Notes: a model not told the origin generated them from the letters alone. Positions 16,740 to 25,974 are shown, numbered from the stretch's first letter. The stretch: 32,000 nt of DNA from Ignicoccus pacificus DSM 13166 (GCA_025340205.1 CP006868.1:1110001-1142000), one strand, 5' to 3'. Numbers and translations are program-made.

Positions 16740-17891
16740 GTGAGTGAGAAGAAGGTAAGTAAGACTAGGAGGAATCTCCTGAAGGGAGTTGCCGCTGCCG
16801 GACTGGTATCTGTAATTACTGCTAAGAGAGAGGACCTGATGAAGATACTGGAGCCCTATCCCAAAGAGGGAGAAGAGGGAGCCTTCGGCGGCGTCGAGTA
16901 CCTAGAGATCAACGGAGAGGAGTATGCAATCGCCAAGTGGAACCCTTACAGAGTTCCCGGTAACCCCGAGCAGAGCGTCGAGAATCTCAAGGAACTAGCT
17001 AAGAAGAAGGAGGAGGACGCTAAGAGGAGGTGTAAGCAGAGCGCCGAGGAGATATGCAAGAGGCTCGGAGAGGACAGGCCGGAGTGCAAGCTAGCTAGGA
17101 AGCACTGTGAGGAAATCGTCGTAAAGTGGACCTTAGCGAAGAAGGGCATAAGGTGGGCTATGGCCCTAGACCTCAACAAGTGTATAGGATGTAGGAGATG
17201 TGCCTATGCTTGTGTACAAGAGAACAACGTCGACCGCACCCAAGGAATAGAGTGGATCAAGGTGGTCAATCTAACCAGAGACGAGCTGGAGCTCCTCAAC
17301 AGCGACATTGAGTACACCAGCGGACCCTACAAGGACAGAGTCTACATACCGGTCGCTTGCAACCAGTGTGAGTATCCTCCGTGTATCATGGTCTGTCCGG
17401 TGAGGGCCACTTGGCAGGAGCCGGACGGAATAGTGATCGTCGACTCCTACAGATGCATCGGATGCAGGTACTGTATCACCGCCTGTCCTTACGGAGCGAG
17501 GCACCTCAACTGGAAGCCCGTCAGCGTCGATGCCCTAACGCTCAACCCCAACATGCATGAGTTCGGAAACGTTCCCAGAGAGGTTCACACTGTCGAGAAG
17601 TGTACTTGGTGTATCCAGAGGACTAGGAACGGAGGAACTACAGCTTGTGTGGAGATATGCCCGGTGGGAGCGAGAGTGTTCGGCAACTTCTGGGACGAGG
17701 AGGGACCAATACAGAGGATCATCAAGGAGTACGGAGCTTTCGTGCTCAAGCCCTCAGCTGGAACCAAGCCAAGGTTCTTCTATTACTTCGGTCCGGCTAG
17801 GACCCCACCTCTTGACGCAGAAAACCCCCACTCATCTGATTGGTTAGGTGGGGGTAAGAAGGAAGAAGGTAAGAAGGGAGGTGAGGCATAA
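16740..17891 (+). CDS. Tat-exported ferredoxin-like electron transfer subunit (DsrO/HybA/NrfC type)
   Basis: SKTRRNLLKGVAAAG twin-arginine signal; CIGCRRCAYAC, CNQCEYPPCIMVCPV, CIGCRYCITACPYG, CTWCIQR...CVEICPVGA. Confidence 0.9.
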   Translation: MSEKKVSKTRRNLLKGVAAAGLVSVITAKREDLMKILEPYPKEGEEGAFGGVEYLEINGEEYAIAKWNPYRVPGNPEQSVENLKELAKKKEEDAKRRCKQSAEEICKRLGEDRPECKLARKHCEEIVVKWTLAKKGIRWAMALDLNKCIGCRRCAYACVQENNVDRTQGIEWIKVVNLTRDELELLNSDIEYTSGPYKDRVYIPVACNQCEYPPCIMVCPVRATWQEPDGIVIVDSYRCIGCRYCITACPYGARHLNWKPVSVDALTLNPNMHEFGNVPREVHTVEKCTWCIQRTRNGGTTACVEICPVGARVFGNFWDEEGPIQRIIKEYGAFVLKPSAGTKPRFFYYFGPARTPPLDAENPHSSDWLGGGKKEEGKKGGEA

Positions 17892-19297
17892 TGGTGATTG
17901 AGATACTCAAGACCATTTGGTACTTCATTAAGTATGCCTTCAACGGAGGATGGAGGCACTGGGCCTTCATCCTAGCAATGGCCCTGGTGAGCGCTTGGGG
18001 AATAGCGCTGTGGGCCGGCGTACAAGCGGCTCCAGCCATCTACGTTCAGCTAGTCAACCACTTGGGCTTCAACGGCAAGACCCTCATCGACCTAGGAATA
18101 AGGCCCAACGAGGGAGGTATGGTATACACTGACATGAGCGACTCAGTAGCATGGGGTATGTACATCTCATTCTTCGTGTTCTGGGTCGGAGTTGCAGCAG
18201 CGGGAGTGCTGTTCGGAGTAGCGGCTTACGGCTTCAGGGACAAGGGCTTCATGAGGCTGGCTCCCCTGGCTGAGGCACAAGCGATTGCAGCGGTGCTAGT
18301 AGCCCTAGCCCTAGTGTTCTTCGACGTAGGAAGGCCAATAAGGACCTTCCTACTAATGGCGCTACCAATAATGGCCGGTAAGCCGCCGAACCCCAAGAGC
18401 ATATTCACCTACGACTTCCTAGTGCTGAACAGCTACTTGATAGTTAACATCATAGGAGTGTTCCTAGCGGTGCACTGGTACAGAAGGGGACCAAAGTATG
18501 AGCCGCCGAAGTACCTAATGTACGCCTTCATGGTGATCGCAGCACCTCTAGCGATAGGTATACACACCGTAACCGGATTCATCAGCCAAGCGCTGACCGC
18601 CAGGCCCCTATGGCTAGGACCACTGCTCGCGCCCAGATACGTCGCTACCGCGCTGGCAGCGGGACCCGCGTTCTTGCTGATAGTCAGCATCATAGCCGAG
18701 AAGTTCTACAAGAAGTACAAGGTCCCGATGTACGTATATGAGAAGACTCTGCTAGCCGCTATAGCCGCCCTGATAGTGGGACTGTACTTCACCCTCTCAG
18801 AGACCCAAGAGCTGTTCTGGTACACCACCGAGCCCGCTAAGAGGGCCCAGGCGATAGGACTGTATCTAGCACCATTCGTCTGCGGAATAATGAAGCCGCT
18901 TGTGAAGGACTACATGTTCTACTTCGCCGGCCACAACGTCTGCAGGTGGGGCTACCCCGGCATGGAGTACATAGCAATACTGTTCTGGGCATGGGTCATC
19001 CTAGGCGTCCTAGCGACTCTGCTGACCATATTCGTACCGAAGCTGAGGAAGAGCTACAAGGGTATAGTCTTCCTGAGCACTCTAATAATATTAGCAGTAG
19101 TAGCAGAGAAGACCTTCACCATAGTGATACCAGCCTACGTACCCGATGCACTAGGAGTGCTACATCCCTACTTCCCAACGCCGCTGGAGGTAGCAATCAC
19201 CGCCGGAGCGCACGCGGTAGGCCTACTGGTCTACATCCTCGTAGCGAGGCCGGTACTGAAGGCGGTAGAGGCACACTACGGAGAAGGTCACCACTAA
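17891..19297 (+). CDS. NrfD/DsrP/PsrC family quinone-interacting membrane subunit
   Basis: About 10 TM segments; DVGRPIRTFLLM, PLAIGIHTVTGFISQALTARPLW; overlaps the FeS subunit by one base. Confidence 0.85.
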   Translation: MVIEILKTIWYFIKYAFNGGWRHWAFILAMALVSAWGIALWAGVQAAPAIYVQLVNHLGFNGKTLIDLGIRPNEGGMVYTDMSDSVAWGMYISFFVFWVGVAAAGVLFGVAAYGFRDKGFMRLAPLAEAQAIAAVLVALALVFFDVGRPIRTFLLMALPIMAGKPPNPKSIFTYDFLVLNSYLIVNIIGVFLAVHWYRRGPKYEPPKYLMYAFMVIAAPLAIGIHTVTGFISQALTARPLWLGPLLAPRYVATALAAGPAFLLIVSIIAEKFYKKYKVPMYVYEKTLLAAIAALIVGLYFTLSETQELFWYTTEPAKRAQAIGLYLAPFVCGIMKPLVKDYMFYFAGHNVCRWGYPGMEYIAILFWAWVILGVLATLLTIFVPKLRKSYKGIVFLSTLIILAVVAEKTFTIVIPAYVPDALGVLHPYFPTPLEVAITAGAHAVGLLVYILVARPVLKAVEAHYGEGHH

Positions 19298-19357
19298 CTC
19301 CCCAAATAAATAGCTTTTTATTTTAAGTCAGTCCTCCCCTTTCTCCCGGGATAACTA

Positions 19358-20290
19358 TTGAACCCGTTCGGATTGCCCTCCAACCCGTTCCAAGCCCAAC
19401 CCCAAGATCCTGTCCAGAACTTCCACAAGGCCTTCATGGAATATGAGAAGAAGATCAAGGAAAGGGACCCAAACGGATGCCTCCTCTTCTACTCTTCCAA
19501 AATAGCTGGAGGTCAGCCCTTGGATTCCGTCGTATTCCTTACCTTAACCTCAAAGATGATGGGTCAGCTGAGGAGGAGCGGTTGCAAGAACCTATGGTTC
19601 CACATAACTGCCTTCGGAGGAGACATAAGGACTGTTGACATGATGAAGAAGGTTGTCGAGGACTTGGGATTTGAGGAGGTTAACGTGATAGCACCATTGA
19701 GGCTCGGCTCGACTGCTTCCTTAACTTCCTTCGTAATATATGATAAGCTCTATGTTAACACTAACACAATAATAGATCCCTTCAACATAACCATTCAGAT
19801 AGGGATGCCCAATGCGTTTGAGCTAAACACGTTCCTCGAAGTAATGGATTTCCTAATGAAGTCACCCGGAAAGGGTAAGGAAATGGAGGACGCGATAAGG
19901 ACCCAAGCCTACAGCCTAATGCTCTCCAGCGGCGCCCTCTTCGGCTACGTGGAGGCCACTAAGGAGCAGAAGTTCATCAGAGACATCCTCGAGAGCTACA
20001 TCCAGGGTAAGCTTCTGGTACATGAAGAAGAGTTCGAGGAGGTGTTCTTGGGGGCCGGAGATAGGATAAGCACTGGCCTTACTGGCAGAAGACTAAAGGA
20101 GTACTTGAGGAACGTTATAGTTATGGACGAGGAGGATCCAGAACTTTCCCAGCTATCCCTAGAAAAGGAGGAGGTCGCTCAGCAGATGTTCGAGCAGAGC
20201 GGCTTGGGAGGAGTCCTTGCAATAAGCGGTCAGATAAGCACCTTCGGGGTGGTCCAAGCCCCCGTCCTCCCGGCCCTCCCTCTGAGGTGA
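19358..20290 (+). CDS. Possible ClpP/crotonase-fold (SDH/SppA-like) protein
   Basis: LWFHITAFGGDIRTVDMMKKVVEDLG...VNVIAPLRLGSTASLTSFVIYDKLYVNTNTIIDPFN resembles the GG..., S-A-(G/S)-T and IDP segments of serine dehydrogenase proteinase-like folds; weak. Confidence 0.35.
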   Translation: MNPFGLPSNPFQAQPQDPVQNFHKAFMEYEKKIKERDPNGCLLFYSSKIAGGQPLDSVVFLTLTSKMMGQLRRSGCKNLWFHITAFGGDIRTVDMMKKVVEDLGFEEVNVIAPLRLGSTASLTSFVIYDKLYVNTNTIIDPFNITIQIGMPNAFELNTFLEVMDFLMKSPGKGKEMEDAIRTQAYSLMLSSGALFGYVEATKEQKFIRDILESYIQGKLLVHEEEFEEVFLGAGDRISTGLTGRRLKEYLRNVIVMDEEDPELSQLSLEKEEVAQQMFEQSGLGGVLAISGQISTFGVVQAPVLPALPLR

Positions 20291-20294
20291 TACC

Positions 20295-21302
20295 TTGAAG
20301 GTAGTGTGGAGCGACCTCTTCACTAAAACTTTCTTCTCCCCTCCGTCGCTCGTAGAAGCTTGGACCTCCAGGATGGAGGAGTTCAAGAGAAGAGCATCGA
20401 AGTACTTCCAGTTCGAGGAGCCCTTGGAAGCCAGCTTGGAGGACTTCAAGCTGGTTCACTGTGAAGAACTCGTAGAAGAAGTGAGGAAGCTAAACGATGT
20501 TGGAGGAGTTTTAGATTATGGAGATACCTACATCTACCCCGGCTCTCTAGAGGTCCTCCTAGCTGACTTGGGAGGGGTTTATAGAGCTTATGAAATAGCG
20601 AAGCACCAAGGTTTTGGCTATACTCCTTACGGAGGCCTCCATCATGCCCATAGGTGCTCGGCAGCGGGCTTCTGTCCCTTGAACGACCTAGCCGTGTTAA
20701 TAGAGAAGCTCACTAAGGAAGGAAAGAGGATCGCTTACTTGGACTTCGACGTCCATCACGGAGACGGAACTCAAGAGATATTCTATGAAAGGGACGACGT
20801 GCTTACCTTAAGTCTCCACATGTATCATCCGGGCTTCTATCCCGGAACGGGCCACTATTCGGAGCTGGGAAGGGGGAGAGGGCTGGGCTACTCCCTAAAC
20901 GTCCCCTTGCCCCCGGGAACGGGCGACGAGGCCTACCAGCTGGCGCTCAAGATAATAGTGAAGAGGGCCATCGAGAGCTTTGAGCCAGATGTAATAGTTA
21001 CCCAGATGGGGGTTGATGGACACAAAGACGATCCCCTTGGAGGAGCCTTGAACTTGAGCACCAACACCTTCAAGGCAATAGGAGAGCTGTTGGCATCCTT
21101 CAACGTTCCGGTTGTGGGAGCCGGCGGAGGAGGATACGGAAGGAGGTCTGTTAAGGCAATGCTCGCGGAACTATCGGGGGCCTTTGGAATAGGAGAGCTC
21201 TGGGAGGAGGTAAGGGAAGAGAAAACGGAATCTAACCCAGAGGCGATCTCCAGAGTAATGTACGTGAAAAAGTTCTTCGAGGATCAACTGGATTGGTTTT
21301 AG
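20295..21302 (+). CDS. Histone deacetylase/acetoin utilisation (AcuC-like) family protein
   Basis: GGLHHAHRCSAAGFCPLNDLAV...YLDFDVHHGDGTQEIFY...SLHMYHPGFYPGTG...VTQMGVDGHKDDPLGG. Confidence 0.9.
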   Translation: MKVVWSDLFTKTFFSPPSLVEAWTSRMEEFKRRASKYFQFEEPLEASLEDFKLVHCEELVEEVRKLNDVGGVLDYGDTYIYPGSLEVLLADLGGVYRAYEIAKHQGFGYTPYGGLHHAHRCSAAGFCPLNDLAVLIEKLTKEGKRIAYLDFDVHHGDGTQEIFYERDDVLTLSLHMYHPGFYPGTGHYSELGRGRGLGYSLNVPLPPGTGDEAYQLALKIIVKRAIESFEPDVIVTQMGVDGHKDDPLGGALNLSTNTFKAIGELLASFNVPVVGAGGGGYGRRSVKAMLAELSGAFGIGELWEEVREEKTESNPEAISRVMYVKKFFEDQLDWF

Positions 21303-21769
21303 CCGTTCCACCTTCCGTGGGGTCCTTGACCCCTACCTTGTCCCATGCCTCCCATCGGGGTTCCGGTAGCGGTGGCCATGGGCCTCTGCATTGGTGGTTG
21401 GACGGTCTGAGTGTTGGTCACGTTGCCCATTGCCATGGGACCTCCCCTACCATTGGCCATTCCGAGGCCGGTAGAGTTCTGATAGAGCCTCTGGGGAGTT
21501 ATGGTGACGTTTCCGACCTCTATCTTGGAAGCCCTAACGACGCCCATGGGAGTCACGTAGCCCTCTATGGTCACGTAGGTCCCAGGAGTTAGGTACTGGG
21601 TAGCGTTGGGCATGTTCTTCGGTATGGCGACGGTAACTACCTTTCCGCTGACGTTCAGCATTACATAGTTTCCGTTCACTCCTATCACCGTTCCGCTTAC
21701 GGTCGTGGGAGTGAGCTGGGGAGCGGCTAGAGCGAGGGGAACTAGGAAGAGTAGAGCTAGATACCTCAT
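21299..21769 (-). CDS. Small secreted protein with Met/Gly/Pro-rich C-terminus
   Basis: Internal ATG at 21769 gives MRYLALLFLVPLALAAPQLTPTTVSGTVIGVNGNYVMLNVSGKVVTV: signal peptide plus short beta-rich domain. Listed ORF start at 21898 is likely too early. Confidence 0.65.
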   Translation of the reverse strand: MRYLALLFLVPLALAAPQLTPTTVSGTVIGVNGNYVMLNVSGKVVTVAIPKNMPNATQYLTPGTYVTIEGYVTPMGVVRASKIEVGNVTITPQRLYQNSTGLGMANGRGGPMAMGNVTNTQTVQPPMQRPMATATGTPMGGMGQGRGQGPHGRWNG

Positions 21770-21843
21770 CTTCTCACCGTGAATGTAGTGGATCGAGGTA
21801 TAAAGGATCGAGCTCAAGAATCGAGAGTAACAAAACGTGAGTC

Positions 21844-23412
21844 TCAGCAAGGAACTAGATAGCCCTTGATGCCCGGAATCGCTTCGTAAACGAAGCACTT
21901 GATCCCCTTGATGAGGGGTTTCTTAATAGAAGTCTTGTTCGTTATTAGAATTCCCTTTCCCCTATTCCTCTCAAAGGCTTTTACGAAGGATCTTATAATG
22001 GGATCTATCTTATACTTTTTGAAGAAGAGGTCGCCGTCGGCCACTATGAGCAGATTGAGACCACTCTCAATCAATTTCAACGCCTCTTTCCAAGCTTCCT
22101 TATCATCATACAATGAGACGGCATAAGCAGTCCTGAGATCCTCATCTACGAGGTTGTAGAACTCCTCTCCGACTTGACTCATGAACGAGTAGAAGAAGCC
22201 TGACCCCTCATCTTCCTCTGGAGGAATATCCGTTACCAAGACGATCCACCTTTCTCCTCTTAATATGTTCCCATATAGGTAAACGTCGCCGGCGCTACTT
22301 CTAATTGCATAGAGCCTTCTAGACGGCCTAAAGGGATAGCTTACGAAGTCGATACTCTTAAGGTACTTCAAGGCTCTATTCAAGTCGAATCTAGGTTTGT
22401 TCAAGTAAGCTTTCATTATGCTATATGACCTCAACGCCCCTTCCATAGTTCCATGTTCCTTAACGAATTTTGTTATGATCGATCGAACGCTATCGGAGGA
22501 GGGAGGGTAATCTCTTACTTCACATATGTTACATGGATCTCTTCCAAAGGCTTTAACTATCTCGACCATGACTTTATTCATGCCTTCAAAGAGATCACCC
22601 TTCCATAAGGCAGTTATCAGATCTTCAGGATCGATAATTCCTCGTGAAATCCACTTGTTAACACAATAGAGATATCTATTGCGTTCTTCGTGTAACTTAT
22701 CAGATTGTCCAAGTGCGTTTACTACTTCCTCAAACTTATTCTTTTTCAGGATAGCAAGGGTTACGAGATTTCCCTCAACGAAATCCCGCAAGAACCTCGT
22801 GACAAGCTCCGTCTGTTCATAGTTTAACTCCTTGGCTATTAGGGATAGTATGTAAGTATCGTAAAGCGCTGCTGCGTTCGAGAGGGTATCATGGAAGAAG
22901 TTCACTATATTTCGCGAGAACGCCCTGACCTCTTCTTCACATTCAAATCCAACCTCATCTAGTAGAAACTTCACCAGAACCTCCTCGTACCCGAACGCGT
23001 TAAAGCGAAAGTGATAGAGCTCGTGAGAGAAGAAGAAGTAAGCGAATATGCCCAGAAAGGCCTTCCAAGAGGAGAGGGTCCGCAGAGCCTTCAAGAGTAA
23101 TTTAAAATTCCTTCCAAGGTAAGTTTCGTCATTTTCTATTAAATAGAGTAGTCGTTGTGCTATGAAGGAGGTATTAATATTTATTAATTCCAACCTACCC
23201 GCTTCGTCTAACGTTACGTAAGCATACGCCTTGTCGTAATCTTTGAACGTTGTTTTGTTTTTGATAACGCTTATCATCCACTCTTTGGAGAGGCCGCTCA
23301 GCAGCTCCCATATTATGTCTGCCCTTCTGAACGTCTCCCCTTCGATAAGCCCCTTGAATGACTCCTCGATAGCTCTAGGCCCGAGGGGCAAGCCCTCAGA
23401 GTTGCTAGACAA
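21844..23412 (-). CDS. HExxH metallopeptidase-like / degenerate VWA-like protein (DUF2201-like), partner of MoxR-type ATPase
   Basis: RLELININTSFIAQ...FFFSHELYHFRFNAFG (HELYH) then NIVNFFHDTLSNAAALYD; divergently paired with an AAA+ ATPase; TTG start at 23412. Confidence 0.5.
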   Translation of the reverse strand: MSSNSEGLPLGPRAIEESFKGLIEGETFRRADIIWELLSGLSKEWMISVIKNKTTFKDYDKAYAYVTLDEAGRLELININTSFIAQRLLYLIENDETYLGRNFKLLLKALRTLSSWKAFLGIFAYFFFSHELYHFRFNAFGYEEVLVKFLLDEVGFECEEEVRAFSRNIVNFFHDTLSNAAALYDTYILSLIAKELNYEQTELVTRFLRDFVEGNLVTLAILKKNKFEEVVNALGQSDKLHEERNRYLYCVNKWISRGIIDPEDLITALWKGDLFEGMNKVMVEIVKAFGRDPCNICEVRDYPPSSDSVRSIITKFVKEHGTMEGALRSYSIMKAYLNKPRFDLNRALKYLKSIDFVSYPFRPSRRLYAIRSSAGDVYLYGNILRGERWIVLVTDIPPEEDEGSGFFYSFMSQVGEEFYNLVDEDLRTAYAVSLYDDKEAWKEALKLIESGLNLLIVADGDLFFKKYKIDPIIRSFVKAFERNRGKGILITNKTSIKKPLIKGIKCFVYEAIPGIKGYLVPC

Positions 23413-23427
23413 CGTTATACCCTATGC

Positions 23428-25047
23428 TTGTACAATGCTGAGAAGGGGAAAAGTGTGGTCGAGTACAGGCCCAGCCAGCTTTACCCCCTCCTAACGGAGT
23501 ACTACTTACTCCAAGGAAGGCTTAGGTCAGCGGTACCGCTGCTCTTAGGCCCTCCGGGCGTCGGCAAGAGCACCGTTTCCGAGGACTCCTTCGTTCAGCT
23601 GAGCAACGCCCTAGTAAGGCTAGCTGTCGAGAGAGGGGTTTCCTTTGACACTCTAGAGAGAAGGGCGAGGGAGATAGCGGAAAAGTGCTCAAGGGACGAC
23701 ATCTGCTCTTCCGTATATCAAGAGATCTTAAGAATTTATGATACCGAGGAAGGGAAGAGAGCAATAGAACCGATCCTCAAGAAGGTGCCAAAGGCACTGA
23801 AAACCGCCGAAGCTGTAAAGGAGATATACGGCAAGGATCTAGTAAGGGGTGCGAGCGTATTTTACGACAACTCGATTGAAAAGAAGCTCTATGAAGACTC
23901 CTTTGTCATCGTTAACCTCACCGTCTCTATACACGAGCCTCCCGACCTTCTGGGCGTGCCGGTGATCAACGACGGAGTTATGGACTACGCCTCCCCAGGA
24001 TGGGCGAAGGCCTTAAGGGACTCGCTCCTCGGCGTCTTGATATTGGATGAGTTTACCAACGTTATGAACGACATGCTGAAAAACGCTATGTACAGCTTGG
24101 TCTTAGAGAGGAGAAGCGGCTTCATAAGGTTCAACAAACCCATAGTTGCTACCGGAAACATGTCACAACACTCCGAACTGGTCGACACCTTGCCAGCTCC
24201 CTTGATAATGGGCAGAATGGCCTTGATAGAGGTGGCATCGCCAACTCTCAAGGAATGGACGGAGTACATGAATAGAAAGTACGGCGAAAGGTGGTACAAG
24301 CCTCTGGCACCGATCTTGGACATGTTTCACAGCATTACGGGAGATGTCTTCATAGCGAAAGAGGAGAGGATGAGAAACGCCTACTCGGTAGTGCCCGGAG
24401 AGACGAAGCCTTACCCCACTCCTAGGGCCTGGGAGTGCGTAGCTACCCACCTCTACGTGCTCTCGAAGATGAAACTGGATCCGGAGGAGAAAAGGGAAAG
24501 GGCGAAGAACTTGGTGATATCGCTAGTAGGCGATGAGAACTACATGATCGAAGAGGTAATAGCGGAGGCGTTAGTGCCTACCGGTATTTCCGAAGAGGAG
24601 ATAGAGAGGCTTCAAGAGGCTATAGAGAGGTGGGACTTAGAGGTTCTTAAAGAGACCATTCATGAATCAAGAGAAGCCTTGTCCCCAAGCAGGATAGAGG
24701 AGATAATAAGAAAGCTCAACGAAGTATTCACCCAAGAGAGGAAGCCGGGAGAGGAGCTGCTAAGAAGCGCGAAGAAGGCGTTCAGCGATCTCTACACAAG
24801 CGTGGTCAAGTTATCTTACATCATTTCACGGGTAAAGGAGAGATGGGATGGAACGTGCGACGAGAGGGCGAGGCTACTAAGGGAATGTATGGAGGTCATA
24901 CCCATCCCGGACGAAGATATCGTGCAAGATGATGACGACTATAAGAAGGTAATAGTGAATGCATTGGTTAATACGTTCAACATAATGGTAGGGGACGAGG
25001 TAAGGGAGCTGAAGGAGAAGTTGGATGAGAAGTGTGGAACGGAATAA
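23428..25047 (+). CDS. MoxR-like AAA+ ATPase
   Basis: LLLGPPGVGKST Walker A; GVLILDEFTNV Walker B; RSGFIRFNKPIVATGNMSQHS sensor-1-like region; PTPRAWE sensor-2-like region. Confidence 0.8.
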   Translation: MYNAEKGKSVVEYRPSQLYPLLTEYYLLQGRLRSAVPLLLGPPGVGKSTVSEDSFVQLSNALVRLAVERGVSFDTLERRAREIAEKCSRDDICSSVYQEILRIYDTEEGKRAIEPILKKVPKALKTAEAVKEIYGKDLVRGASVFYDNSIEKKLYEDSFVIVNLTVSIHEPPDLLGVPVINDGVMDYASPGWAKALRDSLLGVLILDEFTNVMNDMLKNAMYSLVLERRSGFIRFNKPIVATGNMSQHSELVDTLPAPLIMGRMALIEVASPTLKEWTEYMNRKYGERWYKPLAPILDMFHSITGDVFIAKEERMRNAYSVVPGETKPYPTPRAWECVATHLYVLSKMKLDPEEKRERAKNLVISLVGDENYMIEEVIAEALVPTGISEEEIERLQEAIERWDLEVLKETIHESREALSPSRIEEIIRKLNEVFTQERKPGEELLRSAKKAFSDLYTSVVKLSYIISRVKERWDGTCDERARLLRECMEVIPIPDEDIVQDDDDYKKVIVNALVNTFNIMVGDEVRELKEKLDEKCGTE

Positions 25048-25056
25048 AAAGGGGTT

Positions 25057-25743
25057 TTAGCAGTCCCTGCAGAGGAACTTGGCGGCCTCCTCCACGTCCT
25101 CCTTGGGAGCCTCCTCGTGGCAGAACCACCAGTCGAAGCACTCGTACTTCTGTAGCCTCTCCTTGGCCTCCTCCTCGGTGGCGGCTGGGGGCACTATTAC
25201 GTGGTCGCCGATGAGCTCGTTCTTGGGCCACTTAGCCGGCAGAGCCCTTCCTAGCTTGTCGGTCACTTGCAGTCCCTTCAGTAGCCTCAGTATCTCGTCG
25301 ATGTTCCTGCCGACGTTGAGCGGGTAGTAGAGTATAGCCCTGACCTTGCCCTCGGGGTCCACTATGAACACGGCCCTTACGGTTACCACTCCTCCCTCGG
25401 GGTGGAGCATTCCTAGCTTCTTGGCGACCTCTCCCAGGGGGTCAGCGATTATGGGGAAGGGTATCTCTACATTGAACTTCTCCTTGATCCACTCCTTCCA
25501 CTTGATGTGGCTGAACACGTTGTCCACGCTGAGACCTAGTAGCTCAGCGTTTAGCTTCTTGAAGTCCTCATACCTCTTGGCGAAGGCCACGAACTCGGTG
25601 GTACAGACGGGGGTGAAGTCGGCAGGGTGGCTGAAGATCACCAACCACTTGCCCTTGTAGTCGTCGGGTAGCTTCTTAGGACCGTGGTCAGTGCTAACGG
25701 TCATCTCGGGTAGCTTCTCACCTATGAGCGGGATGTTTCCGGG
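25057..25743 (-). CDS. Peroxiredoxin (archaeal 1-Cys/2-Cys Prx6 type)
   Basis: [22 protein letters not shown]...[27 protein letters not shown]...[12 protein letters not shown]...CRDC. Internal ATG at 25743 preferred over track start 25797. Confidence 0.95.
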   Translation of the reverse strand, partial: PGNIPLIGEKLPEMTVSTDHGPKKLPDDYKGKWLVIFSHPADFTPVCTTEFVAFAKRYEDFKKLNAELLGLSVDNVFSHIKWKEWIKEKFNVEIPFPIIADPLGEVAKKLGMLHPEGGVVTVRAVFIVDPEGKVRAILYYPLNVGRNIDEILRLLKGLQVTDKLGRALPAKWPKNELIGDHVIVPPAATEEEAKERLQKYECFDWWFCHEEAPKEDVEEAAKFLCRDC

Positions 25744-25846
25744 CATCTCTCTCACTCCGCTACACACTACCGTGAACGGCGTTAAAAGTGAGGACATTCG
25801 ATAGTCTCATCGGACTACTATTGATTAGAGCTCCAAACATAAGCTC

Positions 25847-25862
25847 CGAATATATATATTCG
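25847..25862. repeat. 16-bp perfect palindrome CGAATATATATATTCG
   Basis: Read directly; flanked by GCTC (25843) and GAGC (25865) arms; about 105 bp upstream of the peroxiredoxin start. Confidence 0.6.
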
Positions 25863-25974
25863 AAGAGCGAACCCAGTAGGGGGCCTCTGTGTTAGATGAG
25901 TCAACCATCAGTTACCTATAGAAGGCTTTGATGGGAGGTAAAGAATCGAACCCCTTAAACCTCTTTGAACCCCC

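Noticed and set aside
16946-18693. Antisense ORFs opposite the FeS protein and NrfD genes (for example 16946-17179, 17797-18039, 18433-18693) and same-strand alternate-frame ORFs
   Set aside because: Shadow ORFs of GC-rich strongly supported genes; sequences look like low-complexity back-translations without family signatures.
20121-20459. Antisense ORFs 20121-20459 and 20159-20449
   Set aside because: Overlap well supported HDAC-like and upstream genes; no independent support.
24270-24283. CRISPR repeat-like string tgaatagaaag in the MoxR-like gene
   Set aside because: An 11-nt match inside a conserved coding frame; expected by chance in AT-rich codons.
25870-25950. Possible C/D box sRNA (TAGATGAG, TTGATGG)
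   Set aside because: C-like boxes are imperfect and no correctly placed D/D' CUGA boxes were found.
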